64,000 nucleotides of DNA from Macrostomum lignano (taxonomy: Eukaryota). The stretch lies in contig NIVC01000578.1 in NCBI GenBank assembly GCA_002269645.1, positions 386,549 to 450,548 of the forward strand, read 5' to 3'. Made by a program: the position numbers and the translations under genes. This document shows positions 1 through 11,610 of the stretch, piece after piece (the stretch's first letter is position 1; the number at the start of each line of letters is the position of its first letter). The notes beneath the pieces are model-generated. The model made no database searches and had not been told where the DNA came from. It worked only from the letters and a program-made list of their open reading frames with translations.

Positions 1-17
1 AAATCCAGAGATTCAGG

Positions 18-1150
18 ATGACATGGACATCCGCTATGAGTTCAATGCAGAAATCTGCACTGGCAAAGAAACACTGCTATCCACTACTTTGCATCACAGG
101 AATCAGGACTCTGATGCTCGGCTGGCCAAGGGCTCAGAGGTGTGGAGTGGTAGGCAAGTTGTTTGCCACTATGACTGATTCATTCAGAGGACACCAGTAC
201 AGTATCACATGTGACAGATTCTTCTCGAGTCCCTGCGCTGGCCAATCACTTATACCGAGAAATGGGATTCACGTTTCTTGGAACAGTGATGCGCACTCGT
301 GGTGGCCTGCAAGCCGATCTCAAGAATTCAACTCAAAACATGGCTCCACACACAAGCGAATTCCAGTTTTCTGAGGAGCTCACGTGTGTCCTACTGCCTG
401 TTCAGATCCTTCTGCTCTGAATTTGCTATATTATCATTTTTAACAAATTAAATATTTTATTTTTCAGTCGCCAGTTAAATCTGTAACTCTCCCATTTAAC
501 ATGGCACAAATGCATTGCATAATACGCAGACATGCCTGGTTTGGTGCCTTGATAGAAAAATCACAATGTTGGCAGTGTCAGCTTGTCAGGGCCGCATGGT
601 GGCACTCTGTTGAAGGTCCCGAAGGTTGTCCAGACAGAGCTGAATGCTGAACATGGTGCAGGATCATTGTATAATACGCAGACATGACTGGTTTGGTGCT
701 TGATAGAAAAATCACAATGTTGGCAGTGTCAGCTTGTCAGGGCCACGTGGTGGCACTCTGTTGAAGGTCTAGAAGGTTGCTTGTATGTCTACAGGTCAGC
801 CTAGAAGGTCGCCATTGTCCATTTCATTCACCAATTACGTCTACTGACTGAATGCTACATGCAGAAGAGGATTCTTCCATTTCAGTTTTGGGAATGCAGC
901 TGTCTCTGAGATGCCAATTGGGTGCTTTTGTTGAAAGTCCCAATGGTCGCCGCCGTTGCTTTAGACAGTGATGAAGGGGACCCTGGGGCCTGGGACACTG
1001 AGAACAAAGGCCTCACAACCAATATTCATAGTTGAGCCAATGTGGTTTCATGATGAGATTTTGTGAGCAGAACAATTTTGCCAATGTTGATGGTTTTTGC
1101 CACCAGACACCCACCCCAAGGAGAATTGTTGAATATCTCTATGATTCTCA
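18..1150 (+). mobile_element. Degenerate piggyBac-like transposase (frameshifted pseudogene, begins before the window)
   Basis: Joining two frames gives YSITCDRFFSSPALANHLYREMGFTFLGTVMRTRGGL, resembling the piggyBac DNFFTS...GTVR core. Downstream TCLVWCLDRKITML, RRSPLSISF...LNA and GRRRC remnants follow in the expected order with stops. An internal ~110-bp direct duplication lies at 519-628 / 671-779. Confidence 0.75.
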
Positions 1151-1359
1151 AAGTTGCTTCATCAAATAGAGCAGAAAATTTTAGCCCATGTTCTAGATTT
1201 TTATGGAAATTGGTTGAATATTTTTAGAGATACAGACAAAAGAAAAATATGTGTATTTGAAATACATCCCCATGATCTTTCTACTGTTAAGGACAAAAAA
1301 CCCAAGGATAGAATAACATCAAATGGGGTGGTCACCAAAGCTTTTATATAATAGTATAT

Positions 1360-2869
1360 GGGCATTTCCGCCAAATAGGGACACAAATTGTGTCCGAGTG
1401 TGCAAAGAAGAAGAAAAATGTTGAAAACAGGAAATCTAACTAGAATTTGTTATTAAATTTCTTTTTTTATCTTGTAGAAGCACAAGAAATTCTCTGGTAA
1501 CAATAAAAAGTTGCCAATAAGAGTTATACTGATCTAAGAAGACGATTAATACCGTAGGAGAATAAAATTTTATATTGAGGCGTAATTGCTTGCTTATAAT
1601 TAATTTTCTTTCAGTCAATAATTTTTTAATTGTTTCTTAATGCTTTTAATCAACTTTTTAATTCAGATTTTGTTATTTTGGGCATAAGTTCATACGATAT
1701 TTTTTAACTTTGTCAAAATGTTTTTTTTCTGCGCGATATACCGAACGTAAATCTCTAATTTTACTTTTCAGTAACTAGCCGATCACCATAATTATTCAGA
1801 AGTTCCAGTGCAACTTTGCAAGCAGCAAGAAATGCATATGCTTCCACAATCTAGAGAAAGTTTTTCTGAAGCAATATTACAAGTAAATGTGGGGAAAATT
1901 GATTTAGTACTATGTAAATTAATATCTACATACTATAGTGCAAAATGTAAATTACATTTTTATTGATAAATAAACAAGAAATTAATGTGAAACTGTTTTA
2001 TTTTCCAGCTTTTATACTTAATGATAGTCTTGTAAGACTGATTTTGAGAAAAAAACTAGCAAAAAATAAAATAAAGGGTACAACATGAAAATACATCTCG
2101 TGTAAGTAGTGTGCTTACTACATTTAAATGTTAATATTTAAGGTATTTTGACAGATTAAGGTTATGCAGACCACTTTTTGTGAAGCTCTGTATGTCAGCA
2201 ATCCATAAATATATCGTTTTCAGCTAATAAAAAGCACTAAAAAAATTATTGGGTACAACATGAGTACAATCTTGTGGTTAAGATGTCACATCGAAAAAAA
2301 ATTAATGTCTTAGAAAAATGTATTAAGCAAATTCTATTGCTAAAAAATATACTGATACATCATCGCAAAGATGTTTTCCTTCATTTAAGCTAAAAAACAT
2401 GTAGATTGAAAGCCTTATGAGTAAATGAGAGGGTACAACATGAGTACAAATGATACAAAAACTTACCGTTTATAATTTTTGGTATAGCAAGAAAACTGAC
2501 AAAAATCAATGACTTCTTGCAGGTGTTGTGACGAAAAGGAATGATTTTAACAAAGTTTAATGTGTTTTTTTCATGAATCAAAGAGAATTAATATAAAGAA
2601 TGTTTTTTTCGCTCTTTTATTCAATGTTGAAGTTAAAAATTGTGTGTTTGGACATCCAAAAAAGTGGCGTCTACGTAAGTTTAAAATGGTTTATTCAACA
2701 TTAATTTTGCGATTAACAATCTTTAAATAGCTTTAAATTGAGCAAAAGTGGTTGTATTTTTCAGTTTAAGTCCTTGTTTGACTTCAATTAGCTGGCCTAA
2801 GCTACAATTCATCATTTTCTGTTTGTTGAAGTGTAATTTTCCGTTAGTGCCTAATTGGCGGAAATGCCC
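1360..2869. mobile_element. Non-autonomous TIR DNA element (~1.5 kb, AT-rich interior)
   Basis: GGGCATTTCCGCCAAATAGG at 1360 and its near-perfect reverse complement CCTAATTGGCGGAAATGCCC ending at 2869. Both ends are flanked by AT (inside TATAT/ATATA). The internal motif GGGTACAACATGA recurs three times. No transposase ORF. Confidence 0.8.
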
Positions 2870-4532
2870 ATATAAATGGCAATATATTGACCAAATACAA
2901 CCTTAAAAATAAAAAGATAAAGACCAATATCAAAGAGCAATAGCCCAAAGAAAACATTTCCGAAATAATCTTTAAAAGCAAAATATAGTACCAATTTCTA
3001 TTTAGTAAGGTTGCTTAAACTACCAAATAAAAAAGCAAATATAAATTACTTAATGATATAAATATATGCTAGGGGCCTATGATTTTCTTGCATACAACAA
3101 GGGTGCTTGCTATTTTTTAGCATATATCAATATATCCTAGCATACATAACATGGGTACTAGTTGACTTTTTAACATTTTTATCAATTGGTCTAGCTATAG
3201 GCCTAATAATAATATATACAAAATGAGGTTCTATATTTTTTTCTAGCATTTACTAATACACTATCTAAATCTAAACTATGGCCTTTTTTCCAGGCCTTTA
3301 CTACTTAGGCAAGGCAATATCTATATATTTGATATGAAATCAGCCCTAGTTGGCTTATTGCATTAGGCTTATATAGCTATTAGTATTGGCCTAGTAATAT
3401 GCAATATACTTGTAGTATAATATTAATAGGGCCTAATCTTTATTTTGTTTTATATAGACCTAAAATATCTATGGCACTGGCTGCTATATTTAGAGTATCT
3501 TTACTTTATTTTGCTGCCACTAGCATAAGAAAATAATACTTTGAAATATTCACCATACAAACTATGGGCATGGCATTTGAATGAAACAACAAAACTTTCA
3601 AAAATCTACTTCTAGGCCTAGTCAAGTTACTTTCATTCAGTAACAAAGAAAATAACTCCTAGCGATTTTTATGGTAGGGCCTATTAGTAGGCCTAATTTC
3701 AAAGGAAATAGGCCTAAATTGTTCTGATAGCGGATAGCCTAGGCCCAGCTACTATTTTAGTCTACTTTAAAGAACTGCAAATTAAGGTGCTGAAGGGATC
3801 ATCATGAGGGTCATGAATGATCAATGAAGTCCACCATCTTTTACGGAAAGACAAGGTGCTTAAGCTTCTTATACCAAAATCATTGTCTTTGACAAATAAA
3901 AAAACAATTAATGCATATTTAATCTAATGGGCGAGGCCGCCGGACGTGCGGTGCACGCTAGTCGCTACGCCTCCCGACTGTTCTGTCTAAGAAAATCGAA
4001 TATTTTCGATGAAAATTAACAAAAGTATTTTGCTAGCTACTTTTGTGCACACGGTCCACTTTTGCTCTAGAAACTTGCATATGTATTGTTGGCTCACTCA
4101 TCACGATTAAATAAATCTGGCCCGACTCACCGGTTCAAACAGATATCCAAAATTCACACTATTGAAATCAAACGACCATGCCTTGGGTTTACAATACCCA
4201 AGGCCCTGCCCTGCATGAAGCCCGTAGGCATGTAAGTCGGGGTCTTTTGGGTCTATTTACGCGCGTAATTCTCTCGGATCTTAACATAAACATGTAATCA
4301 TTAGCTACCACGTAACAGTACCAAGGACTTCTCCTACGTACATTTTTGCACATGTACATTTATATGCACGTGTATTTTTTCCAGGAAATCAACCTCCTAA
4401 AAATTTACACGATCTTCGAGTTTTACGTCCTGTTATATACAGTGGTCCTTGGTCAATGCAACGACCACCAAAAGTAGTTACATGTATTTCTGAACTACAT
4501 GTAACTACTTAATGCCGGTTAGTCGATGATTA

Positions 4533-4917
4533 CCCTAGAAGACATTGACTTGTTGATTCTTAACAGAACTTGTCTATAATCTTGGGTTGCTGCGCAAGTA
4601 CTTGCAAGAACGTGCAAGATCTTTGCTATAATAATACTTAGGTAAACTTACCAGATCTTAGAGACTTGCTACATCGTACAATATCTTAGCTTTTATTTCT
4701 TTTTTAGCTTCGAATCGCATATTTTCTTAAATTTATTGCCACATTTTGTCATAAAATAAAATATTGTTCAGCTAGAACACTTTAGCCAAATGAATAACAA
4801 AAAAATGTACCTCCCATCTTAGAAGATCCTGCAAGAACCGAGCAGATTGAGAAGATCTGCTAAGAATGGCACAGAGACAAGATCTGCTAAGTTTGAGAAA
4901 CAGAATGTCCTCTAGGG
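4533..4917. mobile_element. MITE with 14-bp TIRs and TA flanks
   Basis: TA|CCCTAGAAGACATT ... AATGTCCTCTAGGG|TA; 13 of 14 TIR positions match; internal AAGATCT-type repeats. Confidence 0.75.
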
Positions 4918-4933
4918 TACTGCAGCGTTAGTG

Positions 4934-5193
4934 CAGGTGCGGATCCAGAAAATTTTGAATGGAGGGGCGCAGATTGCTATAAGGTAATATATGTACCATG
5001 TCATGTATATATAAATCATGTAACATGTATATGTCAAGGACTACTATGGACTCTAGTGGTCCTTGTGGTCCTAGTTCCTAGTGTTCCTTGGTATATATGT
5101 ACAACGATAATGTGTGCATTTTCCATAAAAAATACAAAACTCAAACTCGACGGGGGTGTGCGCCCTGAGCGCCTCCACCTAAATCCGCCCCTA
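4934..5193. mobile_element. Possible degenerate MITE (CAGGGGCGGAT-type termini)
   Basis: CAGGTGCGGATCCA at the left and AAATCCGCCCCTA at the right are imperfect inverted repeats. No clear TSD. Confidence 0.4.
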
Positions 5194-5242
5194 GGTGACG
5201 TTATATACCTAATAGTATGCCAGATACTTCATATTAACAGTA

Positions 5243-6155
5243 GAACTACCAAGGGGGGGGAGGAAAATTCCCCCCCTGACAATTTTTTTGCTGCGCCGGA
5301 ACGGAGCAACGCAGGCACACGAAATTCAAGAACACGGGCTAACTTTTTGTTGCGCACCTTCTCAAACAAGAATCAAGTCGCCAGCCCTTCGGACCGTCGA
5401 GATATTCGACGATTCTGCTAGAAGGTCGGATTTTTCCCATAAGCGCTAGTGTATTCAGTACACCCCTGTGCGCCAACCAGCACTGCGTCTCAGTGCAGCC
5501 TTGCCAAGCCTCCAAATTTCATCCAAATTCCACGTTGACCACATGTGTCTGCATCAGTTCTGACTTCGTTGGTCACTAGCCTCCTTCACCCAGGTGGAGC
5601 TTCTGGAACCTCAACAGCTGTGGCACCAGGTGACTATGGACACCCTGATGCGGATGTCTCTAGTTTCGCCGATCAAGCCTCGACAGTGGGCAAGAATCAA
5701 CCGTCAGACATTCTCAGCTAGTCTCTCAAGCATTCCGTCATCATCCCGACGCCGTCGGCTCCTTCAACAGATTACACCAGATGACTATGGACAGCCTGAT
5801 AAGAATTTCTCTAGTTTCGCTGATCAAGCCTCGACAGTGGGCAAAAATCAACTGCTGGACATTCTCAGCTAGTCAGTCAAGCATTCAGCCATCACCCCGA
5901 CGCCGTGCTGAGACGCAGTGCTGATTGGCGCACAGGGGTGTACTGAATACACTAGCGCTTATGGGAAAAATCCGACCTTCTGGCAGAATCGTCGAATATC
6001 TCGACGGTCCGGAGGGCTAGCGACTTGATTCTTGTTTGAGAAGGTGCGCAAAAAAAGTTGGCCTGTGAATTTCGTGTGCCTGCGTTGCTCCGTTCCGGCG
6101 CAGCAAAAAAATTGTCAGAGGGGGGGGGGGAATTTCCCCTCCCCCTTGGTAGTTC
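5243..6155. mobile_element. Foldback element with ~250-bp terminal inverted repeats
   Basis: 5243-5493 is the reverse complement of 5908-6155 (GAACTACCAAGGGGGG... / ...CCCCCTTGGTAGTTC) with few mismatches. The interior holds a ~135-bp direct duplication (about 5620-5757 / 5777-5905). Confidence 0.85.
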
Positions 6156-6645
6156 GACGGGCGGAAAAATGGCTTGGTATTCCTACTGTTAAATATGTTA
6201 AGGGATAGGCAAATCCCCAGAACAAGTACTAGGCCAACGTAATCGAACAGATAAAGATTAATATAACAGGTGTTGGAAATTACTACGAATATAGAGTTGA
6301 AAACGGGTCTCGAAGGGAAAATATACTTGAATATGTAACCTAGGAAGACATTTCAGACCTGGGACGAGCCTGCAAGCATATGGAGCAGTATAATTCCTAC
6401 AATACAAGTAAAAAAATATACATGTAACTTCAGCGCAGTTGCAGGTACATGTTGCAGCTTAACCTCCAGAGAGGAACATTAGCTATAGGCAATGCCAAAA
6501 TGCATATTAAGATTGCTAAATTACATGTACATGTATCTATCTACAAAAGAATTTGAATTAAAGATAAAACGAGACGTACACTGTACAATACATTATGTAG
6601 AAGGACTGTGATTACGGATTGTACTTTCTTTTCTACCTCTGGTTT

Positions 6646-8530
6646 TTATTGTGCATCCGGCAGCGCACTCATCTCATCAATATTTATTACGCACTCTCCG
6701 CTCTCAGTTTTGCTGACGCCAATGGCGACCGCTGTCGGATCTTTGTCGTCGGACTCCCGCCCCTGACGGCCAGTCTGAGCTGCAGTAGAAATGCCGCTCA
6801 GCAAGTGGTAGGCCAGCTCCAGCAGCTCGCAGACCGTGAGCAGGCTACAGCCGATGTACAGGCCGAGGAGGCCGCCGACGTCTGCAAGGAAGGCCGTCCA
6901 CGAGTAGGAGTAGGCAATGACAATCCTCGCTGACTGATGACTTTTCACGGCAATCTTGACCTCTATCATAGACTCCTCAACAAAGTTCTTGAACAGGAGC
7001 TTTTCATGAGCTGTGCAGTTGTCTAAAAAGAAGATTCAAATATGTACTTTGATAATTCCTTGTATATGCAAAACCTCGATGATAAAGATAACATTATTCA
7101 GGAAATAAATGGTTCTTGCCTAGCAGAATCCGTTTTGACAGTTTGACCAGTTGCTTAGTAGCAGGGCGGCCATAAAAAGAGTACTCCGGGTGTGCTCGAA
7201 GTCCGATGTCTTTATCATATTCTCTCACGAACCATTGGGCGAGCGGTCGGCCAGCACGCGGCCACTTCACGGACGTGGAGGTCGCAGTGTATTCATTATA
7301 TACACAAGGTTGCTCTTTCAAGCAATCGTTTACTACCTTCTGTGTGTGACTATCAATGAAATATCGAACCTCATGCAGGGATAAATTTGCAACTGAAAGC
7401 TTCTTTATGCCGATCTCGGTCATATTTTCGAATCTGGGTACGTTCCTCAGACTCCAAGGTTTCGGGTACAGGGAAAACACAAACTGGAACTTTTTCTGCA
7501 GCAGACTGTTCATTCTTGTGTAGAAGCAGGACGCTCTGCTGCTTTTAAACTCCTGTCTTTCACCAGTAAGTTGGTTCTGGAAGATGGCAACTTCCTGGTT
7601 GGGATTGCAGTACTTGCCGTAGAGTTCCGGACTATGAATTGTCTCTTCCATGCTGATAGTCACGTGATAAGATCTCCCAGCCGCCAGACTTAGCTTGGTC
7701 TCGTGCAGCATGGACGGGTACGTTCCCTTGGGAACCACCTGCAGAGTGAATCCCAGACTCTCCACGCTATGGTAGCGACGGTTGGCTTGCCAGAATTGAA
7801 ACGGAATGCTCTCGTTGAGCCACGGGTTCACTATTGGCCTGATCTCTGCTCCAGTATAAACTAACTCGGGAATGTGCGGATCAACAAACAGCATCGAATA
7901 GAGAACAGCTCGCTTGTAGCACAGGCTCTCTGAATTATTTTCCGGCACAGTCACCTTGAAGCAGATGCTGTTGTCCGGGTGTATGAAGACAGCTCGGTCG
8001 GCGTAGTCGATGTCCTCCGAGTAGGTCTGGTACAGGTTGAACGGCCACACAAGAAAGGACTGGTTCTCATGCTGCAGCAAGTTCTTGCTGAGGATTTGCA
8101 CTGGCATGGACAGCTGGATTCGGGCTACTCTTCGAAACGTGGCATCCTCTCCTCGAGTACAAAAGTCGGTGCTATTGGCGCAGTAGAGCTCGTCATATAG
8201 CTTGCTCAGCCTCTCGACTTTTTCATTTATTGCCTTAACTTCGGACTCCGTCAGTGTGTATGGAATGCTACCTGAGTATATTAGATTCGGGCAGAAGTAC
8301 AGGTCGGGAGTCTCGAACGACACCGCGTCAGACTCGTAGGTTTTGACCACGGAGATGGTGATGAGCCTGTCCACCATGTTCGACGCGCTTTTGCAGCACA
8401 GAATAAGAAATACAAAGAAGAGAAGCGTCCACATGACCCTCAGGACTGGCGACCTAGAACCGACTGCTCTGCTGATGCCATGAGCAGAGCTGCTAGCAAT
8501 GGCGTCCTCCACCGCTTTCCTTGCAGACAT
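6646..8530 (-). CDS. DEG/ENaC (amiloride-sensitive sodium channel family) subunit, ~595 aa, exons 8530-7120 and 7022-6646
   Basis: N-terminal SSAHG motif, hydrophobic TM1, large ectodomain, and TM2 FLADVGGLLGLYIGCSLLTVCELLE with the GxS filter. A 97-nt intron (7119-7023) with AG|GCAAGA donor and TTTTAG acceptor is phase 1 on both sides and joins the two ORFs in frame. Confidence 0.92.
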
Positions 8531-8899
8531 GCTCACTCCAGGCAAACCGGGGCTTTCTGAGAATCTTTCAGAGAATTCGACAGTTTAAGCCGGACTTTAT
8601 ACTGTAGCTTTATACCGAGTTTGAGCGCATTTTGTAGATGCATGCATAGTATGCAGCTTGTCCCACCAAGTTAGCAAAACTCATTCCACGTATACGAGAG
8701 TATCTACTGAATGCATGTAAATAGCTAAATTGCCCTTCAACTGTGGAGCAAAAAATTGAGCCTTTCCGGTTAAAAAAATAATCGAGTGTAATTATCTGAT
8801 GACAAACTGACTGGCATGGCAGCGGAATCAGTCTGGTTGCTGGCCCTTACAGACTCACAGACATGTTTAACATATGAATACGGAAGTCGCTTGGTGGCG

Positions 8900-9320
8900 A
8901 TTGGACTCGAGAGCTGCTAGCAAAGGGCCTGTCAGCCTAAGCTCATAAAGTGGAGTTCGAGTAACCTATGCACAGAAATGATATGTCATTCTGCTCACAA
9001 TGACACCAGGAAGCTGAGTTTGGTAAAAAGCGACGAAAATTGGACTTGGGATAGGGAGAGCAAGCAAGGGGATAATTAGGGACTCTACTTTAGGAGCATA
9101 AGTTGACAAAATAGTCTGTAATTATCCCTATTGCTTGTTGTCTTAAGTTCAATTTTTGTCGCTTTTCTTTTTGCCAAATCCTGCTTCCTGGTGTCACTGT
9201 GAATGACGCATCATTTTTGTACATAGGTTACTCCGGCTCCACTTTATTAGCAATTAAGTTGACAGGTCCTTTGATGTCCAGACACATCGAAATGAACTAG
9301 CGGTGGTTCGAGTCCACCAC
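8900..9320. repeat. Old imperfect inverted repeat (arms about 8900-9078 and 9119-9320)
   Basis: The arms align as reverse complements with many mismatches, e.g. ATAAAGTGGAG..GAGTAACCTATG..GACACCAGGAAGC..AAAAAGCGAC..GGATAATTA versus TAATTATCC..GTCGCTTTT..GCTTCCTGGTGTC..CATAGGTTACTC..CTCCACTTTAT. Spacer ~40 nt. Confidence 0.75.
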
Positions 9321-9361
9321 GTGCGTCAAAAGTTATTTGGAATTCATGGTGAGGCATTGAA

Positions 9362-9435
9362 GGGGCGCAGCCCAGTGGTCAAGCGCGGCGCTCTGATGTA
9401 TCAGCGGCTTAGGCTCGATTCCAAGTGAAGTCACA
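9362..9435 (+). mobile_element. tRNA-derived SINE-like head (not a functional tRNA)
   Basis: A-box-like CAGCCCAGTGG and B-box-like GGCTCGATTCC at tRNA spacing. The acceptor and anticodon stems pair poorly. Confidence 0.45.
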
Positions 9436-10067
9436 TTAACTTGGGGCTAAATTGGGATATCTCGGCTTGGCTCTGCTCGTGTAATTAACCCCATGGAGGG
9501 CCAACCCCCAATGTACAGTGAAGTGTACATGCCTCACGATGAATAAAATTAGGTTCGCTCTATACGAGTGTAAATATGAGTGCGTGCCTGTGCGTATGAC
9601 TGCGTACGTATCTGCGCGCTTGTGTGCCTGCTCTGTGCCTGCGCCTCTCGCCGGTTGTGACAATTGCAATGTCGCTGAAAGTGCACCAGGGTGCACACAG
9701 CCCCTGCCTCTAATAAAAAATATTTCATACTACATTTCGTCAAAACACATTTATATTTACTTACCTGCTTGAAGGCTAATAAAATCTCTATTGCTACTAA
9801 AGAGTATTTATAGAATCGAGCGGGACTCACGGATACTGTGCGGTAGTGCTGTCAGTGATCAGGGATAATGGTGCTGAGGGGAACGATGTGTAAGGGATGT
9901 CTGGGGGGGGGGGGGGTGATGCTGAGATGCTGAACTTTGTTGAGTGAGATGCTGGTGGCTGGGATTTTATCAGCTGGTCTTTGGTCCTATGTTGTAGTTG
10001 AATCGCTTAGTAAAACCTATAGACCTCAGACTTGAACTATTTGTGTCGTTTTTGCCATGAAGATAGT

Positions 10068-11064
10068 CAAAATTGATTGCGAATCCGATTCTGCGCTGCT
10101 AAATGTGACAGAATTGATTTGGAATCCGATTCTGTGCTGCTAAATGTGTCAAAATTGATTGCGAATCCGATTCTGTGCTGCTAAATGTGACAGAATTGAT
10201 TGGGAATCCGATTCTGTGCTGCTAAATGTGACAGAATTGATTGGGAATCCGATTCTGTGCTGCTAAATGTGACAGAATTGATTGGGAATCCGATTCTGTG
10301 CTGCTAAATGTGACAGAATTGATTGGGAATCCGATTCTGTGCTGCTAAATGTGACAGAATTGATTGCGAATCCGATTCTGTGCTGCTAAATGTGACAGAA
10401 TTGATTGGGAATCCGATTCTGTGCTGCTAAATGTGACAGAATTGATTGGGAATCCGATTCTGTGCTGCTAAATGTGACAGAATTGATTGGGAATCCGATT
10501 CTGTGCTGCTAAATGTGACAGAATTGATTGAGAATCCGATTCTGTGCTGCTAAATGTGACAGAATTGATTGGGAATCCGATTCTGTGCTGCTAAATGTGT
10601 CAGAATTGATTGGGAATCCGATTCTGTGCTGCTAAATGTGACAGAATTGATTGGGAATCCGATTCTGTGCTGCTAAATGTGACAGAATTGATTGGGAATC
10701 CGATTCTGTGCTGCTAAATGTGTCAGAATTGATTTGGAATCCGATTCTGTGCTGCTAAATGTGACAGAATTGATTGCGAATCCGATTCTGTGCTGCTAAA
10801 TGTGTCAGAATTGATTTGGAATCCGATTCTGTGCTGCTAAATGTGACAGAATTGATTTGGAATCCGATTCTGTGCTGCTAAATGTGACAGAATTGATTGG
10901 GAATCCGATTCTGTGCTGCTAAATGTGTCAGAATTGATTGGGAATCCGATTCTGTGCTGCTAAATGTGTCAGAATTGATTGGGAATCCGATTCTGTGCTG
11001 CTAAATGTGTCAGAATTGATTGGGAATCCGATTCTGTGCTGCTAAATGTGTCAGAATTGATTGG
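10068..11064. repeat. 41-bp minisatellite, ~24 copies
   Basis: Unit GAATTGATTGGGAATCCGATTCTGTGCTGCTAAATGTGACA; period 41 read from 10202/10243. Confidence 0.95.
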
Positions 11065-11261
11065 CGATTTGTCAATTTTGTTGCTTCTACTGAGGTAGTT
11101 CAAATTTGAATGTAGCAGGTGTAAAAATAGTAGTATATTTAGTATATTAGGATTTCTACGTTCTAAAAACTGCCGAATTCAAGATCTAAGTTCCATTAGT
11201 AGTTCAGCTTCACAGTTTTACTTTAACTGCAAGGTATCCACAACTACATGTATTGATAACT

Positions 11262-11610
11262 GATGGGAGCTTAGCAGAGGGCTGAGAGTCTTGATGGGAG
11301 CTTAGCAGAGGGCTGAGAGTCTTGATGGGAGCTTAGCAGAGGGCTGAGAGTCTTGATGGCAGCTTAGCAGAGGGCTGAGAGTCTTGATGGCAGCTTAGCA
11401 GAAGGTTGAATCTTGATGGGAGCTTTGCTGAGGGTTGAGTCTTGATGGGAGCTTAGCAGAGGGCTGAGAGTCTTGATGGGAGCTTAGCAGAGGGTTGAGT
11501 CTTGATGGGAGCTTAGCAGAGGGTTGAGTCTTGATGGGAGCTTAGCAGAGGGTTGAGTCTTGATGGGAGCTTAGCAGAGGGTTGAGTCTTGATGGGAGCT
11601 TAGCAGAGGG
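11262..11610. repeat. 31/29-bp minisatellite marking the left edge of duplicated unit 1
   Basis: Unit GATGGGAGCTTAGCAGAGGGCTGAGAGTCTT. The same family occurs at ~28706-28793 and 29886-30438. Confidence 0.95.

Noticed and set aside
4180-4510. Short perfect hairpins (CCTTGGGT/ACCCAAGG at ~4180; a 15-bp stem at 4472-4510) as Helitron ends or terminators
   Set aside because: No CTRR terminus at the expected distance and no associated gene end; isolated stems are common in this repeat-rich DNA.
9362-9435. Functional tRNA gene
   Set aside because: A and B boxes are present but the acceptor and anticodon stems do not pair; treated as a SINE head.
10068-11610. 41-bp and 31-bp arrays as possible CRISPR arrays
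   Set aside because: Head-to-tail identical units with no unique spacers, no cas genes, and a eukaryotic context.
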